From Macrostomum lignano (lineage: Eukaryota): DNA of 64,000 bases. A program made the translations under genes and the position numbers. Each line of letters opens with the position of its first letter. The first letter of the stretch is position 1. Under the pieces are notes generated by a model. That model was given only the letters and a program-made list of their open reading frames with translations, did not search any database and was not told where the DNA came from. The DNA lies in contig NIVC01000896.1 of assembly GCA_002269645.1 (NCBI GenBank), positions 124,001 to 188,000 on the forward strand, given 5' to 3'. Below are positions 53,953 through 64,000 of the stretch, piece by piece.

Positions 53953-56900
53953 TTATGCTTGCTCGTTCTCCTTCGCCGCGCTGATCACTTCGTCGAGTTC
54001 GCCTATGAGACCTCGGAAGTTGCTGTCTCCCAGGTCTGTCGGCGTGGACACCTCCTGGTCAATGACTGAGAGGTTCCGAGCAAACGTCTCTAATGAGGTT
54101 AGCAGATCGGCTGAGATGGTTGCCATGCCAACTGAGTCCCTATTAAAGGGATCTACTAAGCAGAAGAGGCTTCCGGTACGCGTGTTTACGTCGAACTCGA
54201 TGCCGTGAGCTCTGCAGGCTTTAAAGAATGCAGCGAATTGTAGCTTTGAAAGGTTACTGTGATTCAGTCGGCTCGACATCGTGGCGTAGCGTCGACCTCG
54301 GTCCCTGCGTTGACGCCTCCCGATTGGCGCTCTCGATTTGTTCGCCGTTTTCGATTTCTCGACAAAGACCTCGTGCTGCTGTGGATCAAAGCGACCCTTT
54401 GTGGCCATGTAGAAGAGCTGCGACAAGGCAGCGGTGTCACTGTAATGAAGGCTCAGGTCTGTGGCCCACAGCTCCTGTCGATTAGTCTCCGAGTCCTCGA
54501 AGGTGACAAAATCCACGCTGGCGTGGCCGTAAATTCGCCTCTCGCGGCAGGCGTCGCCAACCTGTCGGCAGAGATCGTTGAGCTGCGCCGGTGGCACACT
54601 GCACTGCGGCGCAGAGATGCCTAAACAGGAAAACGGATGCTGAGCGCTGACCAGCTGATCGCCACTCGACAACAGGCGAACCGAACCGCTGGGTTCGATG
54701 CAAAGATCGACAGTTAGACGCGTCACTGATTCTGCAGGAGGGCAGGCTTCGATGACACCGCCCTGAGAGAGGAACTCCTGCTGAAAAGCCTGCCAAGTAG
54801 GGTAGGCCTCGGGACAGGCCACTCGAGTAGCCGAGGATCCGAGCAGTTCCGGCAGTTCTTCCTGCACCCGGAGCAGAACCTTTTCTTGTGCCCACTTTTT
54901 GTCCCACTTTTCACCGTATCGACGTCGTTCACGTAGAGCCCACCGGTAGCAGGGCAGCTTGTCGACGTCCATGAAACCGATTCCGCGTCCGTCGAACTGC
55001 GAGTCGAGCTTCAACAGCCATCGAGTGACGGTCAGGTTAGACGTAATCAGCTGGGCGAGAGATTCAAGCAGCTGCGTCAGCGAGTAGATGTCAAAGTCAC
55101 CAGGAGGGGCGGAGACTTTGGCGGCACGAAAAATTCGCCTAGCGCCAGACTTGGTGCCATAGAGCTGCGCCACCTGCGGCTCCGGGCACAGGATCGGAAC
55201 GTCGAGTTTGTCAGCCACGGCAAGGTCGTCTTGACACGGATAGCCTGGGATAATAACGGCCGGACGGCCCTGTTAGCAAAGTTTGTGAAAGGAGTGATTA
55301 TTTATTTTTCAGCTTTCAATAGCACATTTTCATATGCTTTTACGGCAGCATTCTTACCTGAATTAAATTCCTAATTCGTTTCAAAGCTCTGGGAGAATAG
55401 TTAAGCAGGGTGGCCAGTGACATGCTTCTATCGGCGAACACTTTCACCGCCTCAGGGACAACAATTTTGTAGCGATTCGACACTGGCTGCTGCTGCTTCT
55501 GACCGTCTCCGTTGAGTCCAGATAGCAGTCTGCCGTAGTATTGTGTCATCTCGTCGTCAATGGCAACAGCAGAGAGCAGGATGACGTCAACATTCGGATC
55601 GCGAATGTCGCACAGGCGAGCCATTTGCGTGTTCTGCGCACGGCTGAAGTTCAGAAAACCCTCTCGAATCTTTTCGGGATAACCCAGCGATGGCAGGTGA
55701 ATAACAACACGTCGCTTTCCGCACCACTTGTCCCAGTGGTCCTGCAGCGATGCGAAACGTCTTTTGTAGCCATCCAGATGCATCTGGCGCGTCCGCTTTA
55801 GATGTGCTCGAATCTCAAGCCGTCTGGTGTACAGCTTCCACTGGTCGGCAATTGCCTTAGCGGCCTGGTTTCGGCGTCGACGCTTCGCATAGTCTCGTCT
55901 GGCCAGGAATCCGCGCCAACGTTTCTGAATGACGACGGATGCGCGTTCCGTGCCGCCCGGGCCGACAAATTGACGACCAGGCCGCCTCATTAGTTTCAGC
56001 ACGTCGGTACGATTGATCAAGCAGTCAATTAGCTCGGAATCGTCAGTTGATGTCGAGTTGGGCTCAGTGAGTTCAGCAAGGTCGCAGAGCAGTTCTCCAT
56101 TGACTTGCGCCATCGGTATGGTAAATCTCTGCATCAGACGTTCGAGCTGCTCTACTAATCGATCAACCAAGTCTGATTCGATGCCTTCAAGCTGTTTGCA
56201 CCGGCGTTGGAAGGCCTGAAAATCGCTAGCGTCTTTTCGAACGTGCCCATTTTGAATGGTGAAGCGTGATATGCCCGGAGCATCGGCTCTAGAAGCCATC
56301 GCAGCAAACGACGCTGGTGTGGTGGGAGGAGGTGGCGCCGCAGTAACTGACTGCTGGCGCGGAACCGCTGCTGTCACTTCTTTTGCTGCTTTTGATTTTG
56401 GAGCTGCTTCAGCCGCAGCAGCGGCGGCAGCGACAGGTGGCGGATGCTGCATCACTCGGTCAGCTTCCGAACGTGATCGAAGCATCGGCGGCTCGAACTG
56501 CTGTAGACGAACCTTGCCAGGACATGCTGCGTTGGACGTCTTGAGCTTGAGTTTCACGACGCCGTTCTGTTTAGCTGGTTTTGATTCGTCAAGCTGGTAA
56601 CCCTCTTGCGTGTAGCCCGGATCAGCGGCATCGGCAGGAAAGCGGTCTCGTGGTCGCGTATCCGGATCGTGCACCGGCGCCTGTCGATGTCGGATTGGCT
56701 GCGGCTCCAGCATGACGCTGGCTGATGGAGGAATCTCGCCGCGCTCCATCAATGCCAGTAAGCCTCCTTTGTAGTCCTTGGCAGAGATAACCGTTGGTAG
56801 GGGTTCATGCTCGTGCTTCTGATGGTGACTCTGGTCCTTACGTTGAATTGGCTGCTGTTGATGGATCTGCGGCAGGTGCACTGGCGTCACCTGCATGCGA

Positions 56901-57097
56901 TTCAAAACGTCATTAGATCGAGTGCGCAAATCAGTTTCGGCCTTGACGAGAGCCTCCTGCAGTGCGCTGGCGTCAAATCTGGTGGTGCTGCCTGAGCTGC
57001 CGTCGAGTACAGCGACTGACGATGCTTCGAGCTGCTCGCGAAGTCGGCCCAGGTCGTCCTGCACCTTCAGTAACACCTGGCCGACGCTTTCCTCCAT
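53953..57097 (-). CDS. IQCH: IQ motif-containing protein H (IQCH)-like, 2 exons, ~1018 aa
   Basis: Exons 57097-55358 and 55269-53953 with an 88-nt GTAAG...CAG phase-0 intron. IQ motif VIQKRWRGFLARRDY; IQCH-type segments RRVVIHLPSLGY, QNTQMARLCDIRDPNVDVI, GRPAVIIPG..DDLAVADKLDVP, ELWATDLSLHYSD. Confidence 0.9.
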
Positions 57098-57965
57098 GAC
57101 TTGGCAGTTGAATAGACCTGGAAGCCTAGCTTCGCTGCCGTTTCTTAGCAGTACGGGGTGTGTGTTAAGTTCTATTCTATTAGGGTTTCTGCTTTATTCG
57201 TTTGCTATCTCCTCTCGTCTCTGCTTCTTCCAGTGTACAGCAGGCTCAATTCTGCGACCCCCTATTTTGCTTTGCTGAAGCCTGAGGTGGCTGCTGCATA
57301 GTTAGAAGGGATTGAAAAATTGGACTCGTTTTGCGTACTGTCTGCCTGTCCCGCTTTTCCTGCTCTCATGGGTACTGGCTTCGCGTTGCTAGTGACAACA
57401 AGTCACCCACCGCCGCCCGCACAGGCGAGGCCAGTCCTTAGTAGTAAAAAGGCGGTAGAGAAACGGAGTGGAGGGTGTGGAAGAGAAGGAGGTAGAGAGA
57501 GAGGTGCAGACAGAGTGGTGGACAGAAGAGCCCAGAGTTGGACACATTAATGCGAGATGCTTGAAGCATTGTGAGACAGTTCACTACAAAGTCCTTTGAT
57601 GCTGGATTATTCTCAAAGGTGCAGTTAAATGTTAATGGGAGTCTGTTCATTTCGGATTCATTTGAGCATACAAAAAACTATTGTCTTTAATTCTCTGAAT
57701 CTATTGACTAGTACAACTAGGACAGATTGAGCAAGCATACTACTTAAAAATAGTAGTCCCAAAGATGCTACGAAAATATGAAAGTAAGAAAGAAAACTTT
57801 AAAAATATCAGTAAGCAACAAGAGGCTGTTTATATTAAAAGATAGCTAGCCTTCGATTAATTTGCCAAGAAACACAGGAAGCGTTTCGTTCCTTCTCTTA
57901 AGCCCTAATTGTAGTTGCCATGCACATACTACTATATATCTGTTTAAAAGTTTGATAGGATTATC

Positions 57966-58525
57966 CAAAGAGTATTGAGGTCGCCTAGTATAGAGTGCCA
58001 ATAAGGATGAAAATCTGAAGCCGATTTTTAGAATCCACCCACCCCCTCTGGTCACCAAGCTGTTTAGTCTATGGCACAAGTTGTGGCTAGAAAGGTGTAC
58101 AAAGCCGATGCTCAGAAATATACATAGAGTGCATGAGAAAATACAAGTAGCTAATGTAGCTGGACGAATACCATGTATGCTTAAAACGTCCTCAAGACTT
58201 TATTTCTGTATCTATACTGTAATACCGTACCGTACGTACGATGATTGCATTGTGTAAGGAGAAAAGAAGTTTAGCAGGATTCTTGCAGCAGAGTCGGAAG
58301 GACAAAAACATAAGTGATAAACAGGCAGAGTGAAGGTGCAGCAGTGGGAAAAGTGGTCTTGCTTATTTGATACATGCATTTTCTAAGTGTGAAAACCATT
58401 CTAGCCACAACTCGTGCCATAGACTAAAAAGCTTAGTGACCGGAGGGGGTGGGTGGATTCTAAAAATCGGCTTCAGATTTTCGTCCTTATTGGCACTCTA
58501 TACTAGGCAACCTCAATACTCTTTG
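57966..58525. mobile_element. MITE (560 bp) with ~131-bp TIRs and a perfect 8-bp TSD (hAT or P superfamily)
   Basis: Terminal inverted repeats (TIRs) CAAAGAGTATTGAGG... at 57966-58096 and 58395-58525 are ~93% complementary by eye; TSD GGATTATC at 57958-57965 and 58526-58533. Confidence 0.92.
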
Positions 58526-59706
58526 GGATTATCTGATAGAACCCGTTTTCAAAGTGTTTAAAACACTGCTTGTATGCTCTAAACCGCTTTTGGCCATAGA
58601 CAAAGACTTGGAACTAAGACATAAGTACAAACCAAATTGATGAGATGACTATGCAATAAAGTTAAATCCCGATTTAGCCCTGTCCAATGACTATGGTAAT
58701 CCATTTATATTACCGTAAGTAGCGATCGGAAAGTTTTTTTACCGTAAGGGTCAGATAGAGAACCTGTTGGTCAGAGCAGCGAAGAGTGGAGAGATGAGAG
58801 AGGATGAGATTAGATGAGAAAAAGGGGAGCTGAGAAGAGAGACAAACCTTGAGCGGGCCGGATTGCCTATTGTGAAGTTTTAAAGGACCCGAGGGCTGCA
58901 TATGGCCCGTGGATCGAAGTTTTGTGACCCCTACATTGACCAGATAAAAATGGGAAAATTTACAACAGTGAGGAAATAAACTTGTAAGTTAAAACACCAG
59001 TTAGTCTGAATCAGCAATGCAGCGAGAAACAAATCTTAAAACTAGTCAGTCAAAGTAGAAATAAAGTATGTTGATCTCGACATTAATTACAGTCCGTATC
59101 CTTTTCTGTACCGAAATCTCAGTACTCACAATCTGCTCTGGAAGATGTTTTTGCGATTTGACAGGTTTCGCATGAATAAAGCTTTATCTCAAAGTTCAAG
59201 TCAATTCGCCGCCTATTGAGCAGTTGCTCAGTCACTTTAAACCATAGGCTTAGTTTTTTAGATACGGTACAATGTTTGAGCATGTTTTTAATTCTAGGAA
59301 ATAGAAGTTGGTATGTGTTCCACAGCGTCTTTTGCATAGAAAAGAAAAAAGCTATTCTTCTTCAACCATCCTTAATTCTCTTTAAAAGTTATAAGCACAT
59401 GAAGTAAAAAATATGGGAGTGTAAGTTCTAACAAAAGTTTTGTGTGGTTATTTAAAATTTGCAATTTGAATTGTATTGTAAAGCAAGCAAATACATCTAA
59501 CGTTATAGTTGGCATCATTATCGATTAAATGGAGCAACTAAGTTGCGCGCGTATTTTATTTTGTAATGTGTACATCTCTTGAGTTTGAGCAAATTCAACT
59601 AAAGCTAAAATCTTCTATGTATTATGTTTCTGGATTACCGTACGTACGCTATCTTTATTTAATTCTGTCAAACATTTTCAGCAAACATGTCGAATGAATG
59701 CAAATT

Positions 59707-62700
59707 TCATCGCGAGGCCGTTGCCAAAACTCGTACGGCAATCTCGGGCGGTGATCTGGCAACCAGCAGCTGCAGCACAGACTCTGAGCTTTTGATGAGG
59801 CCAAGGCATCTGTAAAGTTGAAAGATTTTGTTCAAAGTAATTAAATCAAGTTGTTTACGATTGGCCCATAGGTTTCGAGTCGTTAAAAGAGTCTTCCTAT
59901 CGGCATATCAACGACTTTAAAATCAAAGTTCTGTGATTCAGAAACATGCCCGAAGACACCCTTTATACAAGGGCTAAACCTGTAGCCATATGTAACAAGT
60001 TTTTAATTGACTCAACACGAACTTACTTGGCATAGGGCCGATTCACTAAACTCTCATTGTTTACAGCGATAATGCGGTCACCCGGGCACAGACGATGGCA
60101 CCTGTCTGCCGGGGTGTCGGCCACGACGCTTCGAATGTAGACGCCGGGCGAAACCAGTGGACTCTTCTGCAAAGTGTGACAATTACGAGCTAATAAAGTC
60201 ATTAAGCTTTGGCGCCCTCGGTGCAATATACAAGTAGATCCCCACGATCCCATTTACTAACTATAAGTAAATGTACAGCTTTAATGCACGCTGAAACTTA
60301 ATATCCAACAAGATGTCACAAAAATGTTTCTACTCAAAGTACCAAACTTGAGCAAACGGAAATTCAAAGCCCCTGTAAGAGGGGGGCAGATTCCTGAACT
60401 TGTCCTTTGACGTGAGTCTTACTTGACCATGTCCTTTGAATTGAGTCTTTTTGACCTTGTCCTTTAAGTTGATTAAACCCCAAGTCAATGCTAGTGTTAG
60501 ACGTCCATTGGACCTAAAAAATGCTACGCTAGGGGTGATGTGCCAATCTAAAAGGCCAACAAAATACGTACTAATTTTGGCCGCTCAAAAATTCTCAAAT
60601 ATAGCACGAAAAATTCCTATTGCGCTGTGAGCACCGGTGGCACCTTTCGCGGGTTCGTTCGGATTTAGATATGGAAAAATCTTGACCACTGCCTCAAAGA
60701 ACTCAAAACCGCACCTCTCCATCAATGAGCTCCATGCCAAACGACTGCCCTGGACGGCGACTCAGCGTCACAAAAAACAGGTCGGGTTCCTCGTCGCCAG
60801 CCGATCGAACGTCCATCTCTTGGCTGTGCTCAATTTGAGTTCGACGATTGTTCAACGACCAAGACCGCGGTGGTGGCGGTGGGGGCAGCTGCACCTCTTC
60901 CAGCTGATGCTGCTGCTGTTGCACACGCTGACTGCGGCTGGGCAGCGAAAGCTTTGAAAGTTGGCGAACCGGTGTCGCGACAGGCTCCGACGATACAAAT
61001 GACATCGTGTGCTGCCTGTAGAGTGCTTCGTTAGTTGCTGATAAGCTACCATTGCCTCCGCCGCTAATAGTGCTTTCAGTTTCGTTACTCTGGTCGCCAA
61101 GGAAACCGCTACTTCCGTTGGCAAAGAAGCTAAGCGGACAACTTGGCCGATTCTGCTGCTGATTCCGCGGCAGGGTGGACTCGTCGCCGGATCCGCCACT
61201 CTCCGATTGAACATAGTGGGCGTGCATCTCGTTTCTCAACGTGTTGGCCAATGTGAACGGATCAATACCGATGGATAATTCTTCGTCAATGTCTTCGTCT
61301 TTGACTTCTAGTTCTCCTTGATCGCCATATTGGAGCGTTTGCGGTTTAGTGAAGGCTGGCATCGCTCCGGCTGCCTTGACCGTCTTGGATATCAACTCGT
61401 CGGTTTCATCGTCCAGTCGAAGTTCAACTGGCGATCGTCGGCTGCTCTCGTTCGGTTCATCTTCGCTCAACGAGTCATAAAAGTTCTGTTGTTGCGCCTC
61501 GTCGTTGTTGGTGTCTTCTTCCATATCAGTGTCCGCGGCCGCCGCCCCCGCCGCCGACGGCGTGTTGGAAGCTGCAGGTTTTGGCGAAGTCGTGAACAGG
61601 CTGCCCAGCGGGGACTGAGCCGAGCTAGGAGAGCCGAGACGATCCCGGATGTGATTGGCAACGTGGTGCCACTGGAGTTGGCAGTTGCTAGCTGTAGGGG
61701 AAGATGGATATGATAATTTTTGCCAGTGCTCATTTAAAGGCCTTCTGCTAAAGACCTAAAAGATGCTACATGTAATGACCAAGAACTACTCGATTATACT
61801 GACAGAAGTAATTGATTCGAGATTTACTTAAAAGTTTGCAGGTTTTTTGTCCATCTGAGAGAATGGCTCAAAAAACCTTCAGACATCTCTGAGAAAAGTG
61901 GAATGACTTTTTAAAGTTTTAGAGCCAGTAAAGTGCTTCCGATTATCCTCATTGACAATTTTTTAAATGACCTGAGTTTGCTCACCACCAGTTTTGTTAT
62001 CCATGTGTAGCAACAGCTGATTGAACTCGGGGCTCTTCAGCAGCGAACGAAGTTGAACACTTGGTCGAACCTTCTCCACGGGTATCTGGCAGTCAACTAT
62101 CGCCAACTGGAAGTGATCCTCGATGGCGCAATCAACTACAGTGGGGTAAAGCCAGTTTTTGTTAATTTTCTAGCAACCATAAAGTGTTTTAAAAAGGTAG
62201 CTACAGTAGGACTCACCATCGTAAGCAACTTCTCCCGAGTCTTCATCTGGCACACTCCATAGGCCATTGACCGGGCCCGTTCTGGACTCGTACTCAAGAA
62301 GAATTCGTCTTAACAAACTTGCCGGAATCAACGGATAATTGGTGCGAATGCGTTGCCATGGTGTCTGGAATATCCGATCGATTGAGACAAGACTTAAAGT
62401 CATGCAAATAATTAAATCGAACTACGAGTAACAAACCATCCTCACCGACATCAGCAGAGACTTTGGCGTAGCCAACAAATCCACGATACTATTGGGCAAA
62501 TCCAACGCGACGATGAACTGCTCAAGGCCTTCCTGACGCAGCCACTCCTCCAGCTGGTCAAGATTGACTCGAAGTTGAACGGCACAGTTCCATTTGAGAA
62601 AGTTAGTTGGATCTGGAGTGAAATATGTGACACTTTATAAAAGCACCATGATATTTCTCTAAATCGTAGTTAAATAATCATTCCTGGGCAACGCATCTTT

Positions 62701-64000
62701 CAGGGTGCCACTTTCATTTAGTCGGACGGCCGAGTCATCTTAGGAGCGCTATTGTATTTCAGTTGGGGACCAGCTGCAGAGCTGACGCCAAAGCTACTGA
62801 AGAGCGCGGAGGCTATGGTAAGGAAGGCCCTCTTGCACCCACCCTCTTGCCACACTGTCTATGTCCCTGAATTTTAAGAGTTGCTTCGAGTCATCTTTGT
62901 TACCTTAAGTACATTTTTGAAATATGAGCTACCTGTAAGGTATTAAATTTTTGCATGAAATCTCACCTGTTCCAAAAAGTCTCTGCGTAAAGTGCTTGCC
63001 TATTTGAAACACCAGCCGTTTCATAATCATGAGTCTCAGAGTGCTCACGCACTGATACTGCATGTTAGTGAAGGCCCGGCTAACCTGGGTGAGCAGGGTT
63101 AGGAAGCCTCCCATGGTTGGTCCAGTACCGCTGGGCTCACTCGCTGAGCCAAGTCCTGTGTCGCATAGGGCCGCGCTCTCAGCCAGAACTTCCTGCACGT
63201 TTGGTTGGATAAGCTCAATTTCTAATCGGCAACTCAGTGCAGTACGCATGCATCTAACGAAGAGGATTTTCTTCGCATGTTTTGTGTTCAGTTTAGGGGA
63301 AAAACTAAATCACTCTTACCTCTCCAAGCTGACTAAAAATTCTGTCCAGCATCTGCTGCATCGTGGTCTCGCAGAAGTCGCGCCAATGCTGGCATCGAAC
63401 CGCCGCCGCTGTCAGGCCGACGCCGCAAGCCTCGTGGAAGAACAAGAAGATTTCGAAGGCCAGAGCGCAAGCCCGGATCATCTCCGAGTAGCACTGGGCT
63501 TTGTCGCGTCGGTCCTCCATCTGGTTGGCCTTCTTGGCCAAGGTAACGGCCGAGTCGGTGATGTGCCACTGGATCTCGGCGCCGGCATGTTCCAGCTCTA
63601 GATCAGCGACGTAGACGGTCAGAAGGACGAATAGACCAGCGGCGAATTGAAGATCGACGGCCTCTCCAAAGTAGAGAGCCAACACGCTGCCCAAGCTGGC
63701 CTGGGTCAGCTGCTGAGTGTCCACTTCGCGAGCTGCCGAGTTCAAAGAGGCGGCCTTATCGTCACGCGGGGTGTCCAGAAACGAGTCGGAAGGCACCGTG
63801 GTGCTCACAAAGGATCCGGCAGCCGCTGCTGCAGTTGTGACTTTTCGTCGTTCGCTTTCAACAGCGCCGCTGTCTTCAAGCAGCTGCTGAAGATCGATAG
63901 ATCGCTGCGCCGACTCCAAGAACATGAGCCAAGTCAGGCCTATCGACCTATCTGGCACCTGGGAGGTGTCCTTGAACATGAAAACGTAGGAGCACATTTC
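59707..64000 (-). CDS. RADIL: RADIL-like protein (DIL domain + C-terminal PDZ), 3' exons; continues beyond the right edge
   Basis: Exons >64000-63320, ~63200-62967, 62612-62446, 62364-62217, 62135-61986, 61691-60715, 60166-60027, 59809-59707 (TGA). The DIL motif reads WNCAVQLRVNLDQLEEWLR. The terminal PDZ (FFVTLSRRPGQSFGMELIDGEKSPLVSPGVYIRSVV..GDRIIAVN..LLVARS) has only a short tail, which favours RADIL over afadin. Confidence 0.85.

Overview
This is intron-rich, repeat-rich animal genomic DNA, probably invertebrate; a free-living flatworm such as Macrostomum is only a guess from its style. It is not prokaryotic, and I saw no CRISPR array, rRNA or true tRNA gene. Five host genes could be reconstructed by hand from splice sites and reading phase: a polycystin-1-like receptor (minus strand, runs off the left edge), a 14-exon SGSM1/2-like RUN+TBC Rab-GAP (minus), an intronless divergent Na+/K+-ATPase beta-subunit-like gene (plus), a 2-exon IQCH (minus) and the 3' part of a RADIL-like DIL+PDZ gene (minus, runs off the right edge). 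Mobile DNA includes a young Ty3/Gypsy element with identical 165-bp LTRs, a CACC target-site duplication (TSD), a tRNA-Leu primer-binding site (PBS) and a -1 frameshift signal, nested inside a SINE. There are also two tRNA-derived SINE families, two 8-bp-TSD MITEs and several mini- and microsatellites. The most unusual object is a 272-bp, hairpin-rich, non-coding unit found as two oppositely oriented tandem arrays (12 and about 5.6 copies) flanking the ATPase-beta gene. One array sits inside a perfect 19-bp TSD, both share one end, and each is internally homogeneous but fixed for a different SNP. It behaves like a mobile concatemeric satellite, either retrozyme-like or rolling-circle-like, but I could not find a canonical ribozyme core by eye. 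All alignments and folds were done by eye.
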